A DNA stretch of 64,000 nucleotides, from contig CBDFKD010000002.1 of NCBI GenBank assembly GCA_965248695.1, positions 2,688,001 to 2,752,000 on the forward strand, read 5' to 3'. This document shows, piece after piece, positions 8,133 to 19,699 of the stretch (positions within the stretch are counted from its first letter, which is position 1; every line of letters starts with the position of its first letter). The position numbers and the translations under genes were made by a program. The notes under the pieces were generated by a model. The model was not told the origin of the DNA. It saw only the letters and a list, made by a program, of their open reading frames with translations, and did not search any database. The DNA comes from Acidobacteriota bacterium. Its GTDB lineage: Bacteria; Acidobacteriota; UBA890; WLXD01.

Positions 8133-11100
8133 TCAGCTCGAGCCCGCCTGACGTAAGTGCTCCCGGATCGCTTCAATGAAGCGCGGCACCGTATCCCAGA
8201 CATCGCCGACGATCGGGTGCACGAACGGTTTCGGCCGCTGCTCGTGGAGCTTCATCAACGGCGCGTCGGGATCGACGTTGAACGACAGGATCACGGCGCG
8301 GTCGCCAATGTAGTCGACGTGTTGGGGGGCGCCAGACACCGCCAGGGCGATGATCAGCTTCGGGTTCACGGACACGCCGGTTTGCCCGATCTGACGATCG
8401 GCGGGAAGCAACTCGAGGTCTTGAGTCACCTTGCGTGTCGCCCCGACCATCACGCTGGACAGTCCCATCTCGTCGACAAGCAGCTGCCGGAGCGGCTCGG
8501 CGAGCTTGTCGATGCCCTCGCGGCCACCGGCTCCATAGCCGAAATCGATAATGATGTCAGCTTCCTGGAGCGTCTCCTGGGCGCCCGCGACGCTCGCCGC
8601 GAGTAGCGCCACCGGGTCCCGGCTGGCGTCGTAGGTCAACAGCGGCGTCCACAGGTAAACCTCCGGCTCTGACCGCTCTCGGCCGGCGCCGCGGCCGCCG
8701 TTCAGATCGAGCTCCACGCTCTGTCCGAGGGTCAGTACGCGCAGGCCGCCGTCCAGCGGCAGCTCGGCCTCGGCGCTAGCCGCACCGGCGTAGATTTGCG
8801 TCCCGACGCGCGCGCACTCACCCCCATTGGAGATGGAATCGACGTTGTGCCAGCTCCAGCAGCGACCTGCCTCCGTGCGCGCCACACCTCCGGCGACGAA
8901 GCGGGCGAACAGCTGTTTCGCCCAGCTCCCCGCAAGTAGCCATCGGGGCTCGCCGCGGTACATGGCCCAGAACTCCTCGAGCCACTCGAGATGACCCCGG
9001 GCGCTGAATCGCTCGGCGCTCGGAAGCTCGACCACATACAACCCCCGGGGGCTGCCACAAGCCAGCGTCGCCCCGGCAATGGCAGCGGCGGACACCTGAC
9101 CGAGATCGACCGGAACGACCACATCGAGCGCCATCCCGAGGCTGTCCGCCAGCCTGCCCGCCGTGCGCAGGTCGGCGCTCGCTCTGGTAGCCAGCTCGGC
9201 CCGGGCTGGCGGTAGAACGAGCACGCAGCATTGGCCAGGGGTATCGGGCTGCTCGCCCAGCGTCAGCAGGCGATGTTCATACGCAGCGACGGCCTCGGCG
9301 GAGGCGCCATCGAACTCCGCCACATCCATCAACACATCGACCGCGGCCTCAGGCGAGGCAACGCGGGAGATCTCGGCGCCGACACTCGCCACGCGCCGGC
9401 GCCGGTGTCGGACTCGGATTGCCGCCTGTCCTCCGGCGAGCTCGGCAATCGGAATGCGCTCGATCTCGACAGTGGATGCTCGCAGCCAGGACCGCAGGTC
9501 GGGAGCCGCGGTCCACGCGGCGCCCTGGCCCTTGGTGACAACACACGGCGTCCGAACCGAAAGCTGCTGACCAGCCCAGGACGCTGCGGTCATGTCGAGC
9601 ACGGACGCGGTTACGTCGCCCCAGCGGAGGTCTTCGATGTCGCTGTACACCTCGTGGCCAAGCGCCGCAGCCAGATAGGCGGGCACCGCTCCTTGACCGG
9701 TGTCTGCGGCACCCGTGCCACACAACACGAGATCAGGGTTCCGCCGGCGCAGGGCAGCGACAATGACACGGGCCACGAGCTCGCCGTCGTGCCGGCTCGG
9801 GACGGCGGCCCCCTCCACACCTGCAACCGTGTAGGCACTCACCTGGACGTGCGCCGGATCACGCTGCTTGAGTGCCATCGCTGCGGCCAGCGCCGCTTCA
9901 TCGGCCGGATTCGTACAGCGCAATGGCTCGGCGAACTCGTCGCCTGTGAGCCGGGGTTGTGGCGCCACGGCGGGAACCGGCTTGAGCAACACTGCGATCT
10001 CGACGGTGCGTTCGAGGTCGGCCTGGCGCCGGCGCTCCCTGAGCTGCTCGGGCACCAGACCCCAGCCCTCGGTCGCGGCGCCGGCCTCCTCCAGGGACTG
10101 TGCCCCGAGCTGTGTCTCCGGCGAGTAGCGGCCCTCTTCGAGGTACGCCAGCGCGATCTCGTAGCGGCGCTCGAGCATCGCGATGCTGGACAGGGCCCGC
10201 CGCACGTACAGCCGCGACACGCGCTCCAGACGTTCAGCGTAGGCGTCCGGTACCTGATGCCGTGAGGTCCACTCCAGGCGATAGAGCACCGCGTCGATCA
10301 CCTTGGTGAGCCCGGCGATCTCCGCCAGGCGGAAGAAGCACGGCTGCATTCCGACGTTGGCCCAGACGAGCTGACCGAAGCGTTCGACCGCGGCGTCGAC
10401 ATGATGCAGCAACGACTGCCGCGCCCGCTCGAGCTCGCCGACGAGCTCCGGGTAGGCGAGCTCGGGTTCGTCACCGGCGCCCGAGGTGTCGCGCTTCCAG
10501 GCCGGAAGAACCCGCTGGACGAGGTCCTTCAGCAGCAGGAACCGCTGCACCTCGTTGGTTCCTTCGTAGATGGTGAGCACGCGCGCATCGCGGCGCGTTT
10601 TCTCCACCCGGTGCAGCCAGGTCTGGCCTTCGAGCCCGCGCGCTCTCTCCATCCAGTCGATGCAATCGTGTACGGACTCGGTGCCGTAGTACTTGCCGAT
10701 CGCCGACTCCGTGCGCACGGACACGGTTCGTTTGTTGTCGAGCAATCCGATCATCTCGTAGGTGACCGATCCGGTTGCCACGGTCTCCTCGGCGACGCGC
10801 CCCAGCCAGAATCGCTCCAGCGGCCGCGCCGGTTGGCGCGGCGAATACTCGAAGCCGGCAGCCACCTCGCCGCGCAGATAGGGGATCGCGTCGTCAGCCA
10901 GCTCAGCGATGGTCGAGTGCGTCGTCACCGCCAGACCGGCTCTCCCTGTATTCAGCGTCTCGAGCGCGTTGACTTGCCCACGACCGCGGAAGCCGATGAT
11001 CGCTTCGTGGGGCACACGGACGTTGTTGAGCGACAACTCGTTGGTCGGTGAGCCTCGCTGGCCGAGCTTCTCCTCGTCGGCGCCCACCACCAGCCCCTCG

Positions 11101-14100
11101 GCGTGTCGATCGACCATGAACCCGGTTACGCTCTCGGGCTCGGTAAGTGCGTACAGCGCCATGCAGTGGCAGAAGCGGCCGTTCGTGATCCACATCTTGG
11201 CGCCGTTGAGCACCCAGTACTCGTAGAAGACGTCGTCCGAGGCATCGACGCGCAGCTGACCGATGTCGCTGAAGGGCACCTTGCGGTCGCCGTGCATGTA
11301 GAAGCGCATGCGCTCCGGCGTGTCCTTGTCGTAGTCGTACTCGGAATGATCGATGACAGCCGGTTCGGCGTCATCGGCGAAGCGATAGAGCAGCCGCCGA
11401 CCGTCGTAGTCATGCTCGAGGCGATCGGCATCGAGCAGATTGCGGCGCTCCTGCTCGCCCGGTTCATCGAGCCAGAACCACAGCACGCCATCGGCGTCCC
11501 GGTGCACGCGGCGGCGCTCGCCGCGGGCCGTCGTCTTGACCCCGCCGGAGTCGGATCCCGCCGTCGGCTCGGTGAGAGCGAACGCCGAGATGTAGCCGGC
11601 CGAGATGGTCTCGAGGAATTGCTCGTGGGCGCGCTGACGGCGCGGTAGCTCGTCGAGCCGTTGATCGATGGCAATGAGAAGATCGTCGATCAGCGTGCGC
11701 GCCTGGCAAACGTGTGCGCGGAGATCCTCGAGATCGCCCTGTTGTTGCGCGAGCGATGCCGCCTTGAAAGCGCGCAGGAAGCCACCGCCGATGTACTTCA
11801 GTACCATCGACCCGGCGACACGTTCCTTGACCAGCGCTCCAACCTCGGCCATTGCGGCCGCGATCGCGGCGACGCCGGGCCGCTTGAGCATCTTCAGCAA
11901 GCGGTCCAGCCCATCGCGAATGTCGCCGAGCACGTCCGGGTGTTCGCGCACCCGCTGGAGATCGGCGATCGCGCGCGGCAAGTCCTGGTACAGCCCGATG
12001 AGCGTCGGTGTGGTGCCGATGCTCGTGTTGCCCATGATCGCCAGCGACAGCGCCGCGTCGCCGTAGCGACCTATGAGGTCACACAGGATGTAGTACTCGG
12101 CCTTCGAGACCCCCTCGCCGCCAAGTCGGGTCTCGATCGGCATGCGCATGAAGCCGCGTCGGACCATGAAGTCGAGGTCCTCGTCAGGAATCAGGTGAAG
12201 CTTCTCGAGATAGCGGCCGTAGGGCAGCCCGTCGAACCTCGGGGCGACGAACCGGGCGCGCAGCTCGGCTTCGAGCGCCTCCCTATGGTCGGCGAGGCGC
12301 GTGTCGTTGGCCACGATCTCGGGCACACAGCGCGCCGATGTCGCATCGAAGCCGGCGTGCAGCCACTCGCCTGACCGGTGTGTCCGATCGACAGTGCACA
12401 CGCTGTCGTATGGTTCTGCGTCCGGGATCGGAGGCGCGATGAGCTCGCCGTCGGTAAGCAGCTCGTCGCCTGCCGCCAGCGTCGACGCAGCCAGGCCTGC
12501 CGCCTCGATCCGGGCGGGTATCTCGGCGCTGAGCTTATCGAGCACCAGGCGTGTGGCCTCGACCATCGATTCCATCGGCAGGCCGGCATCGATGCGCCGC
12601 ATCGTCCGTATCAACAGGCTGCGGGCGGCAAGCAGCTGGATCACCATTCCGCCCACGGCATGCTTCACCAGGTCCCCGGCAAAGGCATCGATTCCGCCCG
12701 ACCAGTTCTCGACCTGCTGGCTGGCCGCCTGGTAACGAGCCGCTGGCTGGCGAAGCAACGGGTGCTTGCTGCTGCGCTCCATCCACTGCCGCTCGGCATC
12801 ACCAGACGGGATCAGGGGACCCCCTTTTCGAGCGGCCGTGAGTCGGCGGCGTCCGACCTCGACGCGCAGCGCGTCGTCGTGCCCCAGCAGGAATCGGAAG
12901 ACAGCGCTGTCGCGGTAGTACTTGGCGATATCGTCATCCTCCGAGAACGCCGTACCGCCAAACAACTGGCCGGTGTTGTAGCTGAAGGAGCCGATCCCGG
13001 GGCCGAACGCTTCGCTGGCCACCACCTTGCGCACCGCAATCCCGGTCCAGCCGTCGCCACCGCCCGGATCGACCAGTGAGACCGATTCCAGCACGAACCG
13101 GCGCGCTTCCATCTCGGCGAGCATCTGCTTGACGGCGCCGAACTTGGCGATCGTGTCACGGCCGGCCTCGTCCTCGAACGTCCCGGGAAACTGCACCCGC
13201 CCGGAGGCGTGGTCGCGGGCGCGCTGCAGCAAGTACCGGCCGGATCCGCGCACGCTGGCCAGGTAACCACCCAGCGCCACGCTGATCACCGGCGCCCAGG
13301 ATTCCCCGGCCGCCGGATCCTCGAGCGAGACGTCGTCGGCCGCCGCCGACAGATCGACGACGCGCTCTGCGGGCACTCTGATTCCGGCACCACGGAGCCG
13401 ACGGATACGCGCACCTACGAGCCCCACCGCACCGACGTCCTCGCATGCCAGACCCGCATCGTCGGCATCCACGAGGAAGCCCTGGGCACCGACGACAACC
13501 AGGTATCGATCTGCGAGTGCGGTCGGAACGAAGTCCGAGCACACGTCGAGCTCGTAGTCGCCGCTCTCGAGCAGCCGCACAGCACGCACCCCACCATGGA
13601 CGGTCGCCACCAGCGTCGACGCCGTCTCGAGCTCCGCGTCGGGAGCACCGGCCAGGGTCAGCAGATCGATCGCCAGCAGATGCGATGCGGCCACCGTCGC
13701 CATGGCCGGGTCGGTGGCCGCGAGCTCTTCGAGCAGCACATCACTGCGCCCGTACCCGGCAGCGTAGGGGCGCGCGGCGGCGAGCTGTGTCCTGAGCCAA
13801 TCCGACTGCGGCGCCGACAGCGGCTCGGCCTTCTCCAGAGCCCGCACCGCGTGACTGTCGAACAACCGCGCGCATCCATCCCGTACGATCTCGCGCCACG
13901 ACTCGAAGACGCACGGTTGGGCCTCGAGCTGCCGCCACTCAGTGGCCGAGAGCTCGGCGACAGGCTCGCGCTCGGCGCCTGCGATGGCACCCTCGCCCTC
14001 ATCGATTGCACCGCACACCGCCAACACCGCAGCGAAGTGATGCTCCTCCAGCTGCCGCGCCAGGACGTCGGCCCAGAAGAACCGTCGCGCTGCAACGTGC

Positions 14101-16750
14101 CCCCGCATCTGCTCCAGGCGCTCAGCGGCATCGGCCCAGACCGGGTCCAGCAACTTCGGCACGATCCCGGCGCCCGCCGGCTCGACTCCCCCGTCCCAGG
14201 CCTGACCGGCATCGGCGAACGCGTCGCGCGCTGCGGCCAGCCATGCGCCCAGATGCTTCCGTCGTGCCTCGTCAAGCGCCAGGGGCGAACGCGCGAGGTC
14301 GTCTCGATAGGCGCGTAGTGCCACACGCGAGCGCTCCAGTTGCGCCGAAACACGGCGGCGAACGGGGGCCGGGGGAAGGCCGTCGGCGTTGTTCCTAACG
14401 GCTTCCGCCAGCTCAGACTGGAAACCCGGTTGTGAGCCCAGGCGCGGCTGTGGCTCGGGACGATCGACGAGGTAAGCGTGCAGCTCCTGTTGCGCCGGCG
14501 TATAGGTCTGGTAGATGAGGCGTTGCTGCGTGGCGCGGCTCCAGTGCACGTCGTCAGTGGCTCGCCAGCAAGTCTCGCACTTGATGCAGTTGTCGAAGTT
14601 GACCACCACACCCGGCTGCCCCGCCGGGTTGCGTCGCACCTCGTACACCTTCGCCGGACAGATGCTCCACAGGGCCGACGACGACAGGCTGGACCGTTTT
14701 GCGATGTCCGTCGGCCACATCACCTTGATATGGGAGTGTTCACCCGCCTGGTAGGTGATGGTGCTGAGCTTCGCCTCGTACGTCGTGGTGATGGCGACGC
14801 GATGATCGTCGAGACGTATGCGCTCTCGATTCTCGTCCAGCAGGCGCGCAATCGGCTGCTCGGTGAAGCGTCTTGGCTCCCAGCGCAGCACCGCGCGCTG
14901 GAACCATTCGGTAACCGCCTGCTTGGCGCTGGTGGCCGCAAAGGCGAGGCCGACAGCACCGGCCACGACGAAGTCCCATAGCGAGACGCAGCCGGCGATA
15001 TGGCGCGCCGATGCCGCCAGCTTGTCGGCCAGGTCGGTGTCGTCGTTGGCGTAGACTTCGCTGAACGCGCTCGCCACCGCACCGCCGAAGCGCTTCCAGT
15101 ACCACTTGAACAGCCAGGGCGCCCGGCCTGACGACTCGCCTCCCGCCATGACGCGGTACACAGCACGCAGGCGGGATCCGTTCGGCCCCGGCGCTTCGGC
15201 AACTCCGGCGCCTGCGGCGGCTTCATCAACTTCGGAGACGCCCACGCCGACGCCCGAGCCGGCAGGTACCAGAGCCCCGACGGTGTTCCACAGCACACGC
15301 AGCAGGGTGGCCGGGGTCATCACGGAGCGCGCCAGCGCGCCGACGCCGAGGGCGCGGAACAGGGCTCGACTGTCCCCGACGATCGATCCGGAACCGGCTG
15401 AAGCAACGTGGCGCGCCAGCCGCACGAGGCCCCAGTAACGCGTCCACGTCCCCGAGTCTGGCCGCGACAGGATGTAGGCGGCGTTGTTCACCAGATCGAG
15501 TTGCCGCTCGAAGAAGAACTGCGTCCGCTCGACGTACGCCGGCCAGTCGCGCAGATGCTGTACGTTGCGGTAGTAGTGACTCGACTGCACCGTTTTCAGG
15601 TAGGTGCTGCGCAGAGCCTGCTCCGTGAACGGCGACGCTGACCCACCGGCGCGACGCCCTGGCCGCCCCGAATCGGCGGCGATCTGGCGCACTGCGCGGG
15701 CGAAGTACAATCCCATGGCGGTGGCCGGGCCGGTGAAGTTCGGATAGGGGAAGTCGAGCCCGATGCCGCTGGCAGCGCCGCCGATTGCGAGGCCGTCGTC
15801 GACCAGGCGCGGGATTTCCCGGAGGCCGCCGCCGCGGATGATCTTGGCGCCATAGGAGGTGAGCTCGCCACCGTCGATCATCCGGGCGATCTCCGGCAGT
15901 CCCTTGAACCACTCCACCAGGATGTTGTGATCGCCGTCGAACTGCTGCCGCAGGTTGTCGAGCGGCAACACGAACCCCAACGACAGGCTGTCGCGGTTGG
16001 TGTAGACGAAGCCGCCCATGTTGAGCCGCGCCGTGCGGCCCTTGCGCGTCGCGTTGCGCAAGAGCATCTCGAGAGCCATTCCCTCGCCCGGCGCCAGCCC
16101 GAAGCGCTGCTCGATCACTTCCTCGGGCAGCGAGATCACCTCCTTGACCCCCTGCAAGAAGTGCGGCGCGCCCGCGGCATGGTCGGTCGTCACCGGCTGC
16201 TCGTAACCTTCCTGGGTGACCACTCGTAACCTTCCTGGGTGACCAGATGCGAGGCGTCGCCTTCGGCCAGGAACACGACGTCGGCGTACGCCGGCCCGCG
16301 CTCGGTTTGCACGCCAATGACCTGGCCTCGATGTCGGATCAGGCTCTGTACGGTGGTCTCGCAGGCGAGCATGACGCCGTGCTCGCGCGTTACCTCGGCC
16401 AGGCAGCGGTCGTAGACGGGCCGCAGGACCGTGTAACAGGACCCGAACGCGTCGGGAGACCGCAGGCTGGCGCCGACCAGGCTGTGACCGTTGTACAAAT
16501 AGGCGCCGCGCTCCACGAGTCGACGCTCGTACGGCGCCGCGGCGACGATGTCACCACCGAACGCGTCCGGATGCTCGAGGTTCTCGGAAAAGTAGACCGC
16601 GCCCGACCAGTTCTCGGCCCCGGGGAAAATACCCGCCTCGCACAGCAGTACGGAGAACCCGGCTCTGCCGAGGGCCATCGCGGCGGTCGCACCCGCGGGG
16701 CCTGCCCCCACGACGATTACGTCGAAGCGATCGGGGCCCATCATGGTCAT
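8133..16750 (-). CDS. Giant fusion: FixC-like FAD oxidoreductase, FixX ferredoxin, two acyl-CoA dehydrogenase modules, EtfB and EtfA; frameshifted by a 23-bp tandem duplication at 16200-16245
   Basis: DVIVVGAGPAG and GVKEVI (FixC); CPAKVY...CIKCETC (FixX); RVQFPG...FGAVKQMLA and AFALTEPTAGSD, LNGAKMWITNG, KLGQRGSPT, IYEGTNEVQR (ACAD); NPADEAAL, PDLVLCG (EtfB); QIGQTG.SVNPKL...SGAPQH (EtfA). Confidence 0.88.
16200..16245. repeat. Perfect 23-bp tandem duplication
   Basis: CTCGTAACCTTCCTGGGTGACCA at 16200-16222 and 16223-16245. Confidence 0.95.
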
Positions 16751-16823
16751 GACGTGTATAAGAAAGGAGCAAGGAAACAGAATGAGAGGTATGTATATGC
16801 GTCAATGGTACGCGAGAGGTCAG

Positions 16824-18389
16824 ATGCCGACTAGCGAACGAATCACTGCAGACGCCAGGCAGCACCGATTCCCGTGGCCCGCCGCCACCGCACTCGCCGT
16901 GGCAGCCGTGGCTGCGATGCCAGGCACACCACTGGCCCAATCCAACGACGGTCGACAGCTGCTGGTGGGGGCGACGATTGTCGACGGGACCGGAACCAGC
17001 GCCTACCGCGGCGAGGTGTTGATCGACGGCGATCGGATCGTAGCCGTCGGAGCCGCGGGAGCATTGCGAGTATCAGACGCCGGACGGACGGCGACGGTGG
17101 TCGATCTGGCCGGCCTGGTGCTGGCACCCGGGTTCATCGACATCCACAACCACTCCACCAACAGGCTGCAGGACGACCCCCTGGCAACGACTCAGATCGC
17201 CCAGGGCGTGACGACAATCTTCGTGGGCGCCGACGGCTCGTCGCCGTGGCCGATCGGTGAGTACCTGGAGGGTATCGATACGCTGTCGCCGGCATTGAAC
17301 GTCGGCACCCTCGTGGGTCACGGAACCGTTCGGCGCGCGGTGCTGGGCGACGACTACCGACGCGAGGCGAGCGCCGCCGAGGTGACCGCGATGGCGGCCC
17401 GGGTGCGGCAGGGGATGGCGGACGGAGCCTTCGGCCTCTCGAGCGGTCTGGAATACGACCCCGGCTTCTACTCCACCACCGAGGAGCTGATCGAGCTGGC
17501 CAGCAAGGCCGGCGAGCTCGGCGGCTTCTACATGTCGCATGTGCGCGACGAGGAAGGCGGCCTCCTCGACTCCATCGACGAGGCGCTGCGCATCGGCGTC
17601 GAAGGCGAGCTGCCGGTGCAGATCTCGCACATCAAGGCCGGCAACGCCGAGGTGTGGGGCCAGGCGTCGGAGGTCTTGGAGCGCATCGCAACAGCACGCG
17701 TCTACGGGCTCGACGTGACCGCGGATCAGTACCCCTACACCGCCTGGCAGTCGGGGCTCGGCATCGTTGTGTCCTCACGACGCTTCGACGATCCCGACGA
17801 TGTAGCGGCGGGGCTGGCCGGCGTCGGCGGCGGCTCGCGGCTGCAGATCGTCAACTACGACGCCGATCCGACGGCGCACGGCATGCGGCTGAGCGAGATC
17901 GCCGCCCGCGAGGGCAAGAGCGAGGTCGAGATGTACATCGAGATCATGGCCAACGGCGGCTCCGGCGTCATCGGACACACCATGACCGAGGAGGACGTCG
18001 ATGTGTTCATGGCATCGCCGCTGGTTATGACCACCAGTGACGGCGGGGTGGGCAGCGCGCACCCACGCGGCGCCGGAGCGTTCGCTCGCATCCTCGGGCG
18101 CTACCTGCGAGAGCGGGAGATGATGTCGCTGGAGCACGCCGTGCACCGTGGTACCAGGATGCCAGCCCGGCGACTCGGCCTCGAGGATCGGGGTGTCATT
18201 CGCCCCGGTGCGATCGCCGACCTGGTGGCGTTCGACGCGGCCACCGTGACCGACAACAGCACCTTCACCGATCCGCTGCAGCAGGCCACTGGCGTGCATG
18301 GCACCTGGGTGGCGGGTCAACGGGTATGGGCGGACGGACAGCCGACCGGCGCCCGCCCCGGTAAGGCACTGCGACACGGCCCTCGATAG
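16824..18389 (+). CDS. N-acyl-D-amino-acid deacylase family amidohydrolase
   Basis: LAPGFIDIHNHS, GHGTVR, SSGLEYDPG, SHVRDE, SHIK, HPRGAG, GAIADLVAFD; ATG 16824 after GAGAGG. Confidence 0.9.
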   Translation: MPTSERITADARQHRFPWPAATALAVAAVAAMPGTPLAQSNDGRQLLVGATIVDGTGTSAYRGEVLIDGDRIVAVGAAGALRVSDAGRTATVVDLAGLVLAPGFIDIHNHSTNRLQDDPLATTQIAQGVTTIFVGADGSSPWPIGEYLEGIDTLSPALNVGTLVGHGTVRRAVLGDDYRREASAAEVTAMAARVRQGMADGAFGLSSGLEYDPGFYSTTEELIELASKAGELGGFYMSHVRDEEGGLLDSIDEALRIGVEGELPVQISHIKAGNAEVWGQASEVLERIATARVYGLDVTADQYPYTAWQSGLGIVVSSRRFDDPDDVAAGLAGVGGGSRLQIVNYDADPTAHGMRLSEIAAREGKSEVEMYIEIMANGGSGVIGHTMTEEDVDVFMASPLVMTTSDGGVGSAHPRGAGAFARILGRYLREREMMSLEHAVHRGTRMPARRLGLEDRGVIRPGAIADLVAFDAATVTDNSTFTDPLQQATGVHGTWVAGQRVWADGQPTGARPGKALRHGPR

Positions 18390-18395
18390 GAGCCG

Positions 18396-18746
18396 CTAGT
18401 GGCCTGCCCGCACGGCGGCAGGTAGCCGATCGAACACCAGCTGCCACGAGTGGGTCACCATCTCGACCAGCTCGCCGCGCGGCACGCTGCCATCGAGCAT
18501 CACCGTGTTCCAGTGTTTCTTGTTCATGTGATAGCCGGGCAGAACGCCATCAGGGTAGCGCTCACGCAGCTCGATGGCGCGCTCGGGGTCGCACTTCAGG
18601 TTCACCCGCGAGGGCACCCACTCCAGGCCTACGAGCGCGAAGATCTTGCCACCGACCCGGTAAGCGACCGTGTCGGGACCAAACGGCATATCGTCGTCGG
18701 CGCCACGTTGGGCGAGCAATAACTCGTGCATCTCATCGAGTTCCAC
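18396..18746 (-). CDS. MmcQ/YjbR family protein
   Basis: PFGPD...VGGKIFAL...NLKCDPE...PGYHMNKKHWNTV. Confidence 0.92.
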   Translation of the reverse strand: MELDEMHELLLAQRGADDDMPFGPDTVAYRVGGKIFALVGLEWVPSRVNLKCDPERAIELRERYPDGVLPGYHMNKKHWNTVMLDGSVPRGELVEMVTHSWQLVFDRLPAAVRAGH

Positions 18747-18831
18747 GCCGAGAGCTTCATGGGATTAACTGCCGATGTCCAGTCCCCCGCCGATCGGCGC
18801 GAGGTCGCGCTGCCTGGCATGGTGTAGTCTC

Positions 18832-18885
18832 GCTTCGCCACGCGCGCCCGCGCTGCTTCGCCACGCGCGCCCGCGCTGCTTCGCC
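18832..18885. repeat. Intergenic 23-bp tandem repeat, about 2.3 copies
   Basis: GCTTCGCCACGCGCGCCCGCGCT twice, then GCTTCGCC. Confidence 0.9.
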
Positions 18886-18946
18886 GCATCGGAACCCGGC
18901 TGCTGACCACGGCTGGCTGGTGTCCGGCGTCAGTCAGAGGCACTCG

Positions 18947-19699
18947 ATGTCTGCAAACAAGCGCCTCGGCCTCATCGGGTTCGGGCAGTTCGGTCGGTAC
19001 GCCGCACCGTTTCTGACGCCGCATTTCGAGCTCCTGGTTCACGACGCGGCCGACATCGCTCCGTTCGCCCACGAGCTCGGCGTACGTAGCGTGTCCCTCG
19101 AGGAGGCCGCCCGTTGCGAGGTCGTGGTGCTCGCCGTGCCGATCCAGGCGCTTCGAGCCACCCTTGCCGAGATCGCCGGCAGCGTCCGAGACGGCGCCCT
19201 CGTTGTCGACGTCTGCTCGGTGAAAGGGGCGCCTCTGCAATGGATGCGCGAGACCCTCCCGGAGCATGTCGACATCATCGGAACCCACCCGTTGTTCGGG
19301 CCCAACAGCGCTGGCGAGTCGCTTCAGGGGCAGCAGATCGTAGTCTGCCCGGAGCGAACGACCAGGCTCGACCGTGTCGAGGCGTTTCTGCAGGGCCTCG
19401 GTCTGCGAGTCATCGTCACCGACGCAGATCGCCACGATCGCGAGTGCGCCCACACCCAGGCGCTGGCCCAGTACCTCGGCCGCGCGCTGCGGCGTGTCGA
19501 GGGCCGCGAGCTCGATATCCGAACCCCGGCCGCCGTTCTGCTGCGCGAGGTCGAGCGCATCGTCGAGGCCGACTCGTGGGAGCTGTTCGCCGCCATCGAG
19601 ACGGTGAACCCCTACGCAGCCGAGATGCGTCGGGAGATCCGCGAGCGACTCGACGAGCTCGAGGAGCGCCTGGCGAACGAGCCGACGTCGAAGCGATGA
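18947..19699 (+). CDS. tyrA: Prephenate/arogenate dehydrogenase family protein
   Basis: LIGFGQFG, DVCSVK, GTHPLFGP, HD...AHTQAL. Confidence 0.8.
   Translation: MSANKRLGLIGFGQFGRYAAPFLTPHFELLVHDAADIAPFAHELGVRSVSLEEAARCEVVVLAVPIQALRATLAEIAGSVRDGALVVDVCSVKGAPLQWMRETLPEHVDIIGTHPLFGPNSAGESLQGQQIVVCPERTTRLDRVEAFLQGLGLRVIVTDADRHDRECAHTQALAQYLGRALRRVEGRELDIRTPAAVLLREVERIVEADSWELFAAIETVNPYAAEMRREIRERLDELEERLANEPTSKR

Noticed and set aside
19114-19695. N-terminal half of the 465-aa ORF as a fusion to the MBL domain
   Set aside because: Out-of-frame overlap with the tyrA-like gene; the true start is the ATGA at 19696
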